Source: a bacterium (GTDB lineage Bacteria; Hinthialibacterota; Hinthialibacteria; Hinthialibacterales; Hinthialibacteraceae). From it: DNA of 64,000 nucleotides. Shown piece by piece: positions 1-9,789 of this stretch. Every line of letters begins with the position of its first letter. The stretch's first letter is position 1. A program made the translations under genes and the position numbers. The DNA is taken from NCBI GenBank assembly GCA_963662285.2, contig CAXXMV010000006.1:320001-384000 (forward strand), given 5' to 3'. Below the pieces are notes generated by a model. It saw only the letters and a program-made list of their open reading frames with translations. It was not told where the DNA came from and ran no database searches.

Positions 1-452
1 ACGAAACGGATGATTCAAGACGCGCTTCGGCTTCGTGCGCGAGAGGATTACACTCCGAAGAAATATACCTCTCGCATTGACCGGCTTTATGAACGGTTGC
101 TGGATTTGGCTTTGGCTTCCTATTCGGATAAAGACGCGCGCCGTTTGGCAAAACGCTTGGAAAAGTATCGTGATGAGTTATTCACCTTCTTAACCCACCC
201 GAATGTTCCGAGTGACAACAACCATGCGGAACGGGAAATCCGCACTGCCGTTCTTATGCGAAAAATTATCTATGGGAATCGAAGCGCCAACGGCGCATTA
301 ACTCAATCGGTCTTGATGACCGTGTTTCGCACACTCAAACGGCGAGGATACAATCCTATCAGTACACTCGTATCCGCTCTCAGTGATTACATTCGAACCG
401 GAAAATTACCTCCATTCCCTCCTGTTATCACTTCAAATGGCTGACCTGTTAC
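1..452 (+). mobile_element. IS66-family element, right end
   Basis: The transposase C-terminus is followed by ...CTGACCTGTTAC (ends 452), matching the GTAA...TTAC termini of IS66. The sequence turns AT-rich immediately after. Confidence 0.8.
10..444 (+). CDS. IS66 transposase TnpC, C-terminal part (5' end cut by the window)
   Basis: LFTFLTHPNVPSDNNHAEREIRTAVLMRKIIYGNRSANGA is a typical IS66 DDE C-terminal motif. Confidence 0.88.
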   Translation: MIQDALRLRAREDYTPKKYTSRIDRLYERLLDLALASYSDKDARRLAKRLEKYRDELFTFLTHPNVPSDNNHAEREIRTAVLMRKIIYGNRSANGALTQSVLMTVFRTLKRRGYNPISTLVSALSDYIRTGKLPPFPPVITSNG

Positions 453-540
453 ATTCATTTTAATCTTTGTTTTATCGTAGAACTTTTGTACAATCTCTGC
501 GTTGTGGATTGCGCTAAACACTTTCATATCAAATATCCTT

Positions 541-1581
541 TCAATTTGATTCCAAAATACTTATTAATTGGGTCAGTTTACTTCGAACTTTTTTTACATG
601 TTCAAGTGTTACATTGCTTTTCAAATTGTTTTGAATCGAAATATCTTTCATATCTATTTTGCTGAACTTATTCAACAAATTAATGACTACCGATTCAACA
701 CTTAAATGCTTTTTGTTTTTTTTACTTTGCAATATCGTCATCTTATCCATGACATATTTTTGAAAAAGTTTTGGTTTATTTCGTTTACCCTTTAACAACT
801 CTGACAATCGAGCAATGTCCTTTTTCCTAATTGATCCTTTGGTAAAGTATGCTAACATTTTGGCATATTCAAATTCAACAAATTTCATTCCAATTGCATG
901 AAACCGTTCTACTGTAATAATTGCATCAATGTGGACTTTTGTCAGATACCCTTCGTCATCATCAATTGAATCTTTCGCTGTATCAGGGAAAGGATACTTT
1001 TTGACATATTCATCAATTGATTCATTTTCTTTTTTCAAACGGATAAACTCAAGGAGTCGAGTTTTTCCTAGACTCGCATTATTTTTCGCAAATTCTCCGA
1101 TTTTTGCAATCTGTTTAGCTTGTTGAAAATACCGTTCTTTTTCAATTCCAAAATTATCACGTTCCCACTTCTTATACACAGACTTTTCATCCAAATAATC
1201 TTCTACCTTGTTTAATATAGTCCCAATTTTAATGAGAAATATAACGATATATTTATCGTTGTGCACCTTCAAATGTTCAATACATCGACAAATTTCAAAA
1301 ACCTGCTTTTGGCCTTCTTTAAGCAGACCTTCTTTATTCTCTTTTTCACACAATTCATTTACTAGTTCTTCATTGTATAATTGGTTAACCTTGATGATTA
1401 TATTTGACGCATAATCTTGGTTATCCATCACGCTTATTTCAGAATGGCTCGTACTATCACATGATAGTGATAAATCAGAATGGCTTTTACTATCACTCGC
1501 TTTTGATGATTTCTGATAGCACTTTTCAATAAACGAATCTTTTTCTTGAACGTCATCATTTGCTAACATTACATCACTCAT
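541..1581 (-). CDS. Hypothetical protein with a DUF3102-like segment
   Basis: 346-aa AT-rich ORF with GGAG upstream. IKIGTILNKVEDYL...YKKWERDNFG...ERYFQQAKQIA resembles the DUF3102 pattern. Confidence 0.55.
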   Translation of the reverse strand: MSDVMLANDDVQEKDSFIEKCYQKSSKASDSKSHSDLSLSCDSTSHSEISVMDNQDYASNIIIKVNQLYNEELVNELCEKENKEGLLKEGQKQVFEICRCIEHLKVHNDKYIVIFLIKIGTILNKVEDYLDEKSVYKKWERDNFGIEKERYFQQAKQIAKIGEFAKNNASLGKTRLLEFIRLKKENESIDEYVKKYPFPDTAKDSIDDDEGYLTKVHIDAIITVERFHAIGMKFVEFEYAKMLAYFTKGSIRKKDIARLSELLKGKRNKPKLFQKYVMDKMTILQSKKNKKHLSVESVVINLLNKFSKIDMKDISIQNNLKSNVTLEHVKKVRSKLTQLISILESN

Positions 1582-1854
1582 ATTTGATCTCCATTTCCAC
1601 TTGTCATCTATAACTCAATAATATTATCAATCGGATAACTTTTTCTTCTACCTAAAAAAATAGAAAATAAATTTTACTGAGTGTTACGTCCGGATAGGTA
1701 TAGAAATTTTTATAGAGTATGAATTGACACCCATGAACCGCGCAGAGTATCCTCCTAGAAATCATGGAAGACGTTCGGAAACTGATAGAAGAGATGGAAA
1801 TAGAAAGCAAATGAGAGGGAGTTGAATTCAGTTCAGGGCGAACTTACTTATTCG

Positions 1855-2475
1855 TTAGGGCCTAATCCAGATAATATCACCTGTACTTTTCAAACCATTA
1901 CTGGCCCGGTAGTAGATGAATCCCTGAATATTGCTCCCAGAGACGTTGTAGTCCAGTTTATGGTTGGGACCGATGCTCCATAGTTCGTAGGAAAAGGGTT
2001 TGCTGGCAAAAGCGCGTGCCACATCTGAAGGATTGTTGGGTACACGTTGGGCTGGATTCATTGCTCCACCTGCGTAAAAAGTCCCATCATTCATGAAAAT
2101 GGTTTCCATATGATACATACCGAACGTCAATCCCCACGCTGTTGGATCGGGTTGGACAACATCCTGGAATAAATCTCGAGGCTGGGATGAGAAATAGGCA
2201 ATGGGCGTTGTTAAATACTTATTCTGCCAGGGTGCATGAACAACACCGGGAAAACCAGCGTGAGGGAAAAACCGTCCATGGTCAATCCGATACATTTCGC
2301 ATGCAGTCACAAAAGATTGCATCTCTCCTTCCGTTTTGGCGATTTTCGCACGAATCTGGGCGTTTAAGAAATTCGGAACCGCAATAGCCGCTAAAATTCC
2401 AATAATGGCAACAACAATCAAGAGTTCGATTAATGTAAATGCGTTTTGTTTATTCTTATCCATGAGAGACTCCAT
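1855..2475 (-). CDS. Prepilin-type N-terminal methylation protein (GspG/pseudopilin-like)
   Basis: NAFTLIELLIVVAIIGILAAIAVPNFLNAQ class III signal; GspG-like ELWSIGPN near the C-terminus. Start may be 2463. Confidence 0.85.
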   Translation of the reverse strand: MESLMDKNKQNAFTLIELLIVVAIIGILAAIAVPNFLNAQIRAKIAKTEGEMQSFVTACEMYRIDHGRFFPHAGFPGVVHAPWQNKYLTTPIAYFSSQPRDLFQDVVQPDPTAWGLTFGMYHMETIFMNDGTFYAGGAMNPAQRVPNNPSDVARAFASKPFSYELWSIGPNHKLDYNVSGSNIQGFIYYRASNGLKSTGDIIWIRP

Positions 2476-2546
2476 TTATTTCTTCTCTTGAATTCGTACT
2501 ACATCGTGTTTTTTTCGGAATTGTTCGATTTTCCAGAGATTGCCTA

Positions 2547-3206
2547 TTATGGGCGATGATTGTATCCACCGCCGGAAGCATTTTTCTCTTCCTTGCTGTT
2601 GGAATGGTAGATAAAACCTTGGGAAGCGAGTCCGTTGCTGATGTCGTAAAAAATCCATTTATCTCCTGGAGCGGGGCCGGGACTTATCATAAACCAGTCG
2701 AATGACATTTTGTAGTCAGCCTTGCGTGTGGGTTTCCCCATTGTGCTAGGGCCGTCATAGGCATCCGTATCATCACACATATAATAGGTATAATCGGGGC
2801 CAGAGGTAATATATAAGCTATGATCCTGTGTCAGTGCATTTTGCCGAAATGGATCTTCCGGGAATGAGTTCAAATATGCAATGGGAGTTGTTAAACGACG
2901 AAATGGGCGCTGAGGATAACTCTCGGCATAATTACTTGGTGGAAAACTGTTTTGATCAAGACGATACATGTCTAAGGTTTTGGCTATGGCGTCCATATCA
3001 CTAAATGATCGTGTTATTTTTGCACGAAGTTGGGCGTTCAGAAAATTCGGAACAGCAATCGCGGCCAGTATTCCAATTATCGCAACGACAATCAGCAGTT
3101 CAATTAAAGTAAAAGCATTTTGGGGCTTCCTTATCAAATTTTTATAAGAAACAGCATCAACTTTTGTTATCGGTAGTTTAATCATAAAAGCCGAGCCTTT
3201 CCCCAC
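2547..3206 (-). CDS. Prepilin-type N-terminal methylation protein (GspG/pseudopilin-like)
   Basis: Same NAFTLIELLIVVAIIGILAAIAVPNFLNAQ N-terminus, plus LTTPIAY and DPF motifs. Start uncertain (3185 possible). Confidence 0.85.
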   Translation of the reverse strand: MGKGSAFMIKLPITKVDAVSYKNLIRKPQNAFTLIELLIVVAIIGILAAIAVPNFLNAQLRAKITRSFSDMDAIAKTLDMYRLDQNSFPPSNYAESYPQRPFRRLTTPIAYLNSFPEDPFRQNALTQDHSLYITSGPDYTYYMCDDTDAYDGPSTMGKPTRKADYKMSFDWFMISPGPAPGDKWIFYDISNGLASQGFIYHSNSKEEKNASGGGYNHRP

Positions 3207-3580
3207 TTCACGTTATAAAGAAATCATTCCTACGTGCAGTTCGATGTTTATCGGAAAGAAAAAAGCCAATACAAACGCCGCTATCCACCAGTTTTGTTGT
3301 GAAAAATGAATCAAAAAACCTTTAGAGATTTTGCGTTGGAATGCAAATGCTTTCATCACGGATTGTTGTAGCGATGCTATCATTTTCTTGATGAGTAGTC
3401 AATTAAAAAAATAATATTTCATAAGAGACATCCCTTTTTCCGCAGAAAAAAACTGTGAATTAGTCGATTCTGATTATAAACAATCAGGAAGATCCAAACG
3501 ACAAATCTCAATGTGAAGAAATTCATTATATATATTTAATACTAATGTTATTGCTAATATGCCCAGAAAGGAGCAAATAT

Positions 3581-3952
3581 ATGCAGAAACTGAAGAAATT
3601 TCGAGTGAAATCGATCAAAAAATGGCTGATTTTACCGATTTTGATTGTATTTTCCTGCTTATTGTCATGCAATCGTGAACCACCCCCGCTCACAATCGAA
3701 TCCACACCCACCCCGCAAATCCACGATCAAACCATCCAAGAAGTCCAAACCACTCTCGCGAATATTCAAGAAACTCAGCAACAACTCATTCAGTCTCAAA
3801 AAAGCATTGATAACATGCAACTTGAAGCAGAACAAATCCGTCAACAATCCGCATTTCTGAAAGGTGCGTGTATATCGGGGACGATTATGGCTTTGGTAGC
3901 CGGTGCGGCGCTGGGTTCGAGAGCACGTAATGCTGCTAAACGAAAGAGGTAA
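3581..3952 (+). CDS. Putative lipoprotein with coiled coil and hydrophobic Gly-rich C-terminus
   Basis: AAGGAG upstream of ATG 3581; basic n-region, hydrophobic h-region, LLSC lipobox, Gln-rich coiled coil. Confidence 0.6.
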   Translation: MQKLKKFRVKSIKKWLILPILIVFSCLLSCNREPPPLTIESTPTPQIHDQTIQEVQTTLANIQETQQQLIQSQKSIDNMQLEAEQIRQQSAFLKGACISGTIMALVAGAALGSRARNAAKRKR

Positions 3953-3958
3953 TTGCTT

Positions 3959-4411
3959 ATGGTCAAAAATCGAGAGAACAAAAACGATGTAGCCGTCATT
4001 CAATCCAAAGAACTTGCGAAATCCCGCAGCACTGAATTATTACCTACGAAAGTCCTCGACTTAATCCCTCCCGTGTATCCGCTCACTGAACCAATTGTGG
4101 ATCGGCTTATATCAAGACGGCATTGGCTTGAACGATCAACCGAAGTTTTTGCGTATTCCTTCAAATCACTTGAGTACGCATTATCCCCATCAGGACGTCT
4201 TCGCCAGTTTCTCAAATTGAATCTGTTATTGCTCTGCATCATCGGCATCCCGCTGCTCATCTTCCTACCCCTTATCGCATTCGCATTCAATCAGTTTGTT
4301 GATATCACTTATAACTTACAACTGTGCGTCACTCATCTGCTGCAAGCCGCTGTTCCCGTCATGATTCTGGTTTTCGTATTATCGCTGATCGTCATGATGG
4401 TTAAGAGATAA
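3959..4411 (+). CDS. Hypothetical membrane protein (two C-terminal TM segments)
   Basis: GAGG upstream; two hydrophobic stretches; in operon with ssb. Confidence 0.6.
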   Translation: MVKNRENKNDVAVIQSKELAKSRSTELLPTKVLDLIPPVYPLTEPIVDRLISRRHWLERSTEVFAYSFKSLEYALSPSGRLRQFLKLNLLLLCIIGIPLLIFLPLIAFAFNQFVDITYNLQLCVTHLLQAAVPVMILVFVLSLIVMMVKR

Positions 4412-4477
4412 CGATTTATTCAGGTCACCCGATCAACAATCATTCAATCAAATACAACTCACAAGAAAGGAATCGAT

Positions 4478-4825
4478 ATGCTGAATCATTGCGTATTAAC
4501 CGGCAATTTAGGCGGCGATCCAGAAATCCGATATACAGCCAATGGAGATCCCGTCGCAACCTTGAACCTGGCGTTTAGGTTTGGAAAGAATGAAACCGGA
4601 TGGATCAAAGTAACATGCTTCAAAAAACTAGCTGAACTCTGTGAAAAGTATCTTCACAAAGGCGCTCGGATTGGAATTGACGGGTATCTGACCCATGAAT
4701 CGTGGGAAACTCAGAACAACGAGAAACGAACCGCAATCAAGATCATTGCCAACTCACTGGAATTCATCAAAACCGACGGGCGTGGTTTCAAGGAAGGTGA
4801 AGACGTCAGTGATCTTCCGTTTTAG
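4478..4825 (+). CDS. ssb: Single-stranded DNA-binding protein
   Basis: N-x-x-V-L-T-GNLGGDPEIRYT OB fold, KGARIGIDG, acidic DLPF tail; AAGGA RBS. Confidence 0.95.
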   Translation: MLNHCVLTGNLGGDPEIRYTANGDPVATLNLAFRFGKNETGWIKVTCFKKLAELCEKYLHKGARIGIDGYLTHESWETQNNEKRTAIKIIANSLEFIKTDGRGFKEGEDVSDLPF

Positions 4826-4856
4826 TCACGTCAATCAACAGAAAGGAACATAAGCC

Positions 4857-5573
4857 ATGAACCAAGAAGAACTCGAACAACACGATCAATCCAAACCCAA
4901 ACTGGACGAACGTTTCATCATGAATATTAAAAACAAGGAGTTCGTTCAATACGCGGGGCTGTTAGATTTGGCTCATCAACATGGTCTGATTAAACTGGAA
5001 GTCGAGCATCTGCAATTTCCAAACCAAGAAAATAACTATACAGCCATCTGCCGTGCGGTTGCCACTTCCAATAACGGCGCGGTGTTTTCTGATATCGCCG
5101 ATGCTGATCCCAATAATGTCAATAAAATGATTACGCCGCACATACTACGCATGGCCAGCACCCGCGCCAAAGCCAGAGCCTTACGTGATATGTGCAACAT
5201 CGGTATCACCTGTATGGAAGAGTTGGGATCATTGGATGAAGTGATCGACGAAAATAAGCAGTCAAATAGTAACCAAAAATCATCAAATTCAACTCGAAAT
5301 ACCAGCAGCAAGCAGCCGCCCAACAAATCAACAACTCCAGAGAAGAATACAGAACAACCAACTGCTTCAACTCCAAAATCAACCCATGATTCACAACTAG
5401 CGCCGAAACTCTCTGAAGCCCAGCACCGCGCCATTCGCAATCTCAGTAACCGTCGTGGCATCAAAGAAGATGAATTGAATAGTCTGGCCGTTAAGACCTA
5501 TGGCGCTTCGGTCGATCAACTCACATTAAGCGACGCATCATCGTTCATCCGTACCTTGCAACAAACTGCGTGA
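4857..5573 (+). CDS. Putative single-strand annealing protein (Rad52/Sak/Red-beta-like)
   Basis: RMASTRAKARALRD helix resembles the SSAP core motif; low-complexity linker and a small C-terminal helical domain; lies between ssb and a nuclease. Confidence 0.55.
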   Translation: MNQEELEQHDQSKPKLDERFIMNIKNKEFVQYAGLLDLAHQHGLIKLEVEHLQFPNQENNYTAICRAVATSNNGAVFSDIADADPNNVNKMITPHILRMASTRAKARALRDMCNIGITCMEELGSLDEVIDENKQSNSNQKSSNSTRNTSSKQPPNKSTTPEKNTEQPTASTPKSTHDSQLAPKLSEAQHRAIRNLSNRRGIKEDELNSLAVKTYGASVDQLTLSDASSFIRTLQQTA

Positions 5574-5682
5574 TTTAACCCAGGCATCAACCGAACAAAC
5601 AAGAAAAAACAAAGGGGACAGGGAACATGGGTTGAAATATCTCTGTCCCTAATTCATTCACTTTCAAAACAAGGAGGTCTGT

Positions 5683-6489
5683 ATGGATATACAAACGCTT
5701 CGCCAACAACCGCATCTATCTGCGTCGTCGATACAAAATTACATTGAATGTGGTCTGCAATACAAATTTGGTAAGATCGACAAGATTCAATCCGAATACA
5801 CATCTGATGCCATGCTGTTTGGATCGTGCATTCACAAGGCATTAGAAAAGTTGCATATCGCCAAAAAAGATAATCGCGAACTCCCAGTGGAAAGGTTACT
5901 CGAACTGTGGGAATCCGAATGGCAAAAGGAAGTAAAAAAGCATCCAGACATCCGGTACAAAGAAGGAGAGAGTTTCGATACTCTTCTGCATCAAGGCCGG
6001 AAACTGCTGACAACCTATTTCAAACAACGCCCCAAGGATTCATTCAAAGTGATCTCTACAGAGAAACCATTCGCTTTTAATCTGGAAGGTGTTCCAATAC
6101 CTATTATCGGCGTTACTGATCTGATCGAAGAAGATTCCGCTGGGAATATTATCATAACCGATTTCAAAACCGCCAGCAAAGCCTATTCCTCTGACGATAT
6201 CGACAAGAGTTTTCAACTGACTGTGTATTACATGGCGGTACGAAAAAATGGATTGGCGAACCGGGAGATACTGCTGAAATTCGATTGTCTGGTCAAAACA
6301 AAAACACCAAAGTTCCAACAGTATTACACCATGCGTACGCCGGAAGATGAGAACCGGGCAGCCCGTAAGATTCAACAAGTCTGGCAAGGCATTGAGAAAG
6401 GCGTGTTTATCCCCAACGATACATCGTGGAAATGCGGATATTGCATGTACAAAGATCATTGTGACAAATGGTTTCAAAAAAGACAGTGA
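5683..6489 (+). CDS. PD-(D/E)XK nuclease, RecB/AddB/Cas4-like with Fe-S staple
   Basis: HLSASSIQNYIEC, FGSCIH, GVTDLIE, DFKT, QLTVY and C-terminal CGYCMYKDHC (1+3 Cys). Confidence 0.9.
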   Translation: MDIQTLRQQPHLSASSIQNYIECGLQYKFGKIDKIQSEYTSDAMLFGSCIHKALEKLHIAKKDNRELPVERLLELWESEWQKEVKKHPDIRYKEGESFDTLLHQGRKLLTTYFKQRPKDSFKVISTEKPFAFNLEGVPIPIIGVTDLIEEDSAGNIIITDFKTASKAYSSDDIDKSFQLTVYYMAVRKNGLANREILLKFDCLVKTKTPKFQQYYTMRTPEDENRAARKIQQVWQGIEKGVFIPNDTSWKCGYCMYKDHCDKWFQKRQ

Positions 6490-6569
6490 AAACGAATTGA
6501 TTTCAGGCCCTCAATCAACAACTACCATGATTGGATTTTCGGACAAATCATAAAGAAGGAGTAATTATC

Positions 6570-6809
6570 ATGAAATCAACCATTATGGTTACTGTAGGCG
6601 GCGGCGTTGTGCAAGGCATTTGGGTATCAAAAGACATTCTTGATACGGTGCAGGTGATTGTGAAAGATTATGATTGTCAGCAGGATGAAGATCAACCAAA
6701 TATGATGAAAGATGAAAACGGGGATATCTGTGAGATGCAGAAATGGGATCAAAACGATTTCATCATCTTAACAGATATTCAGGAAGGATTACTGAAAAAT
6801 GTGACATAG
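6570..6809 (+). CDS. Small acidic hypothetical protein
   Basis: AAGGAG upstream of ATG 6570; inside the operon. Confidence 0.6.
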   Translation: MKSTIMVTVGGGVVQGIWVSKDILDTVQVIVKDYDCQQDEDQPNMMKDENGDICEMQKWDQNDFIILTDIQEGLLKNVT

Positions 6810-6836
6810 ACCAATTCAAAAGAAGGGAGGATAACA

Positions 6837-8720
6837 TTGTCTATGCTTGAATTGAACGATCAACAAAAACAAGCGGCTGAGTTCTATCAGGGAACAGCGA
6901 TGGTGATAGCAGTGCCGGGCAGTGGCAAGACGCTCACCATGACGCATCGTATTGGCAATCTGGTTGAAAAATACAACGTGCCTCCCGAACAGATATTGGG
7001 GATGACGTTTACCCGTAACGCAGCCAACGCCATGCGCGAACGCCTCAAGCCACTGTTGAATAAAAAGGCCAAGCGCGTTCTATTGACTACGATTCACAGT
7101 TTCTGCTTCTACCTGTTGAAGCGGGAAGGCTATTCATTCGAATTACTGACTGGCCATGACCAAGCATCGTTACTCAAAAGCATTATCAACGATCTTAAAT
7201 TGAAGAATCTGACCGTGGGTATGGTACTACGGGAAATCAGTCTTTCCAAAAACAACCTGATACTATTGGACGAGTTTCGAGATTTACATGACGGCGATTC
7301 AACCATGCTTCAGGTGGCTCAGGTTTATGATCAGTACGAACAGCGCAAATCGAAGAAAATGTTGTATGATTTCGATGATTTACTGCTCAACGTCCAGGCG
7401 ATACTGAATAACGAACCAGTTATAAGAGACAAGTACCAAGAGATTTACCGGCATATCCTGGTGGATGAATTTCAAGATACCAATCCGGCGCAAATGGAAG
7501 TATTGAAATTGTTGCTGGCAGACTCGACCGAAGAATCCAGTTGTTGGGTATGCGGCGATGATTGGCAAAGTATTTACGCATTCAACGGAGCCAGCGTAAG
7601 CAATATCCTCAACTTCAGAGATATATACCCGCAGACGGAAACATTCATACTGAATATCAACTATCGCTCAACGCCCCAGATCATTGAGGCATGTCAAACT
7701 CTGATTCAGTTCAACACCCGCAAGATCGATAAACAGGTGCAAGCACACAATACTGATGGTGATGTGGTTATCACCTTGGATTGTTCCAGTGAGGAAGATG
7801 AAGCCTTGCAGATCGTCAATGAGATAAGGGATTTGGTCGGTCGGAAAGGATATCAGTATTCAGATATGGCAGTTTTGTATCGGGCGAACTATCTCAGCCG
7901 TACCATTGAAGAGATATTCTCGCAATACAAGATTCCATACGCAATCGAAAACGGGATGAATTTCTATCAGCGCCGTGAAGTGAAATGGTTGTTGGATTAT
8001 ATGAGAGTGATAAGCGCCCCGGATTCATGTGAAGCAGACGAGGCGTTGCGCTGTATCATCAATATCCCCAATCGCTACATCGGCAAGAAATTCGTGCAGG
8101 AATTAGAGCAATACGCATCTGAACAAGGTATTCATTGGTATGAAGCGTTGAAGGCCATAACCATCGACGCACCATATCTACGGCGTAATGTCCGGGAGTT
8201 GGTTCGCTTGCTTGATCCGCTTGTAACTGAATCAGAATTCATTGAACCATCAGAACTGATTCAAATTCTGCGTGACGTGTTGGATTATGACCGCTTTGTG
8301 GCTGATGATGAGATTCCCAGCCCGGATGACGCCAAGATCGACAACCTCAATCAGTTGAAATTATCCGCCGCCAAGTTCGATGATGTAAAGAGTTTTCTGC
8401 AATATACAGAGACTTTTCAGGATAAAACGGTTGGCTCAGATCAAGAGGGCGTTCAATTGATGAGCATCCACAAAAGTAAAGGCATGGAATTTCCAGTAGT
8501 ATTCGTCATTGGCTTAATCCAGGGAATCCTACCATCCCATAGAGATGGCGATATCGAAGAAGAACGTCGTATCTGCTTTGTCGGTATCTCCCGCGCCATG
8601 CAACTATTGTATCTCAGCACCTGCCAGATTCATCTTGGTCAACCCGCCGTCAAGTCTGTATTCATGGATGAGATCGTTGGAAAGCAAGCCAACTGCCATA
8701 CCTCTTCCCGGCAAGATTAG
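6837..8720 (+). CDS. UvrD/PcrA/Rep SF1A ATP-dependent helicase
   Basis: LNDQQ, AVPGSGKT, DEFQD, GDDWQSIYAFNGA, NYRS, MSIHKSKGMEF, EEERRICFVGISRA. Confidence 0.95.
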   Translation: MSMLELNDQQKQAAEFYQGTAMVIAVPGSGKTLTMTHRIGNLVEKYNVPPEQILGMTFTRNAANAMRERLKPLLNKKAKRVLLTTIHSFCFYLLKREGYSFELLTGHDQASLLKSIINDLKLKNLTVGMVLREISLSKNNLILLDEFRDLHDGDSTMLQVAQVYDQYEQRKSKKMLYDFDDLLLNVQAILNNEPVIRDKYQEIYRHILVDEFQDTNPAQMEVLKLLLADSTEESSCWVCGDDWQSIYAFNGASVSNILNFRDIYPQTETFILNINYRSTPQIIEACQTLIQFNTRKIDKQVQAHNTDGDVVITLDCSSEEDEALQIVNEIRDLVGRKGYQYSDMAVLYRANYLSRTIEEIFSQYKIPYAIENGMNFYQRREVKWLLDYMRVISAPDSCEADEALRCIINIPNRYIGKKFVQELEQYASEQGIHWYEALKAITIDAPYLRRNVRELVRLLDPLVTESEFIEPSELIQILRDVLDYDRFVADDEIPSPDDAKIDNLNQLKLSAAKFDDVKSFLQYTETFQDKTVGSDQEGVQLMSIHKSKGMEFPVVFVIGLIQGILPSHRDGDIEEERRICFVGISRAMQLLYLSTCQIHLGQPAVKSVFMDEIVGKQANCHTSSRQD

Positions 8721-8774
8721 AGTGAAGAATTACAACCAAAACCAAATACAACTTCAAAATCATAGGAGAACAAT

Positions 8775-9704
8775 ATGTCTCAAGTAACCACATTAGGAGA
8801 AGTGCGTGCGCAAGTCGAACAGAAATCCCGGAACCATTGGGATGATTATATTCCAGTGAAGGATATTCAATTCGTTGGATTGCAGAAGAATATGATCCAA
8901 GGTGATGAGCATTTAATGAGACCAGCGGCGCAACGGGCGATCTGTAACCGTCTGGGGATTCCAATTCAGTATTTACAGAAATGCGAGCCGTTATTGCAAG
9001 CGGTTAACCTGAATGAATGGCTGCCCAAAGAACGCAATGATAATCTGTTCGTGCGATTCGACGGCAATGATATCAGAGCGATATTCACGCCGCGCTACAA
9101 ACCAATTGATAATCTGCAAGTACTGGATCGCTTATACGAACAGGGATATGGCGATGATAACAAAATTCAATGCTCGTTAGATGATGAGTTCTTCATGCTC
9201 AATATCCCCGACAAAGAAAAATCCTTCCAAGTAAGGCATGGCGACCGAATGGAACCGGGGATCAGTATCGGCAACAGCGAAGTAGGTATGTCATCGTTAA
9301 CCATTGCAGCATTCGTTCTCAGGCTTATATGCACCAACGGTTTGATCTCCACAACTAGCGTTGAATCTTCATACCGGCATGTCTCGCATCGCATTCTGGA
9401 CGAGTTCCCGCAAGTGCTCAATCAGGTAAGCATGGATCTTAACAAACAGCGTAACCAATGGGAGATTTCAGCCGAAAGCCATGTCGATAATCCAGAAGGC
9501 ACGCTTCGCTCATTCAATAGACAATACAATCTGGATAAGCAAGAAACCGACGCAGTTGATTGGGCATGGAGTCAAGAATCAGGCGAAACGATGTTTGATA
9601 TCGTGAACACCTATACCAAAGCCGCGCAGCATCCCCAGTTACCAGCCGAGAGCGAATATCAGTTACAAAAAGTGGGAGGCAATATTCTGGCGATGATAAA
9701 CTGA
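8775..9704 (+). CDS. DUF932-family protein
   Basis: RAIFTPRYKPIDN and GISIGNSEVGMSSLTIAAFVLRLICTNG are DUF932 hallmarks; AGGAG RBS. Confidence 0.85.
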   Translation: MSQVTTLGEVRAQVEQKSRNHWDDYIPVKDIQFVGLQKNMIQGDEHLMRPAAQRAICNRLGIPIQYLQKCEPLLQAVNLNEWLPKERNDNLFVRFDGNDIRAIFTPRYKPIDNLQVLDRLYEQGYGDDNKIQCSLDDEFFMLNIPDKEKSFQVRHGDRMEPGISIGNSEVGMSSLTIAAFVLRLICTNGLISTTSVESSYRHVSHRILDEFPQVLNQVSMDLNKQRNQWEISAESHVDNPEGTLRSFNRQYNLDKQETDAVDWAWSQESGETMFDIVNTYTKAAQHPQLPAESEYQLQKVGGNILAMIN

Positions 9705-9789
9705 GAATATTTCAAGTATCCCAGGAAACATGACGCAACATAGTCATACCAATCCTAAGAAAACCAAAAGACCAGAAACGAGGTAATAA

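Noticed and set aside
1724-1814. TTGACA-18-TATCCT promoter-like site and 16-codon ORF facing the pilin genes
   Set aside because: Suboptimal spacing, no clear RBS or terminator; may be chance or a gene remnant
5683-6489. Cas4-like nuclease as a sign of CRISPR-Cas
   Set aside because: No cas1/cas2 and no repeat-spacer array seen in the window; the context is a recombination operon
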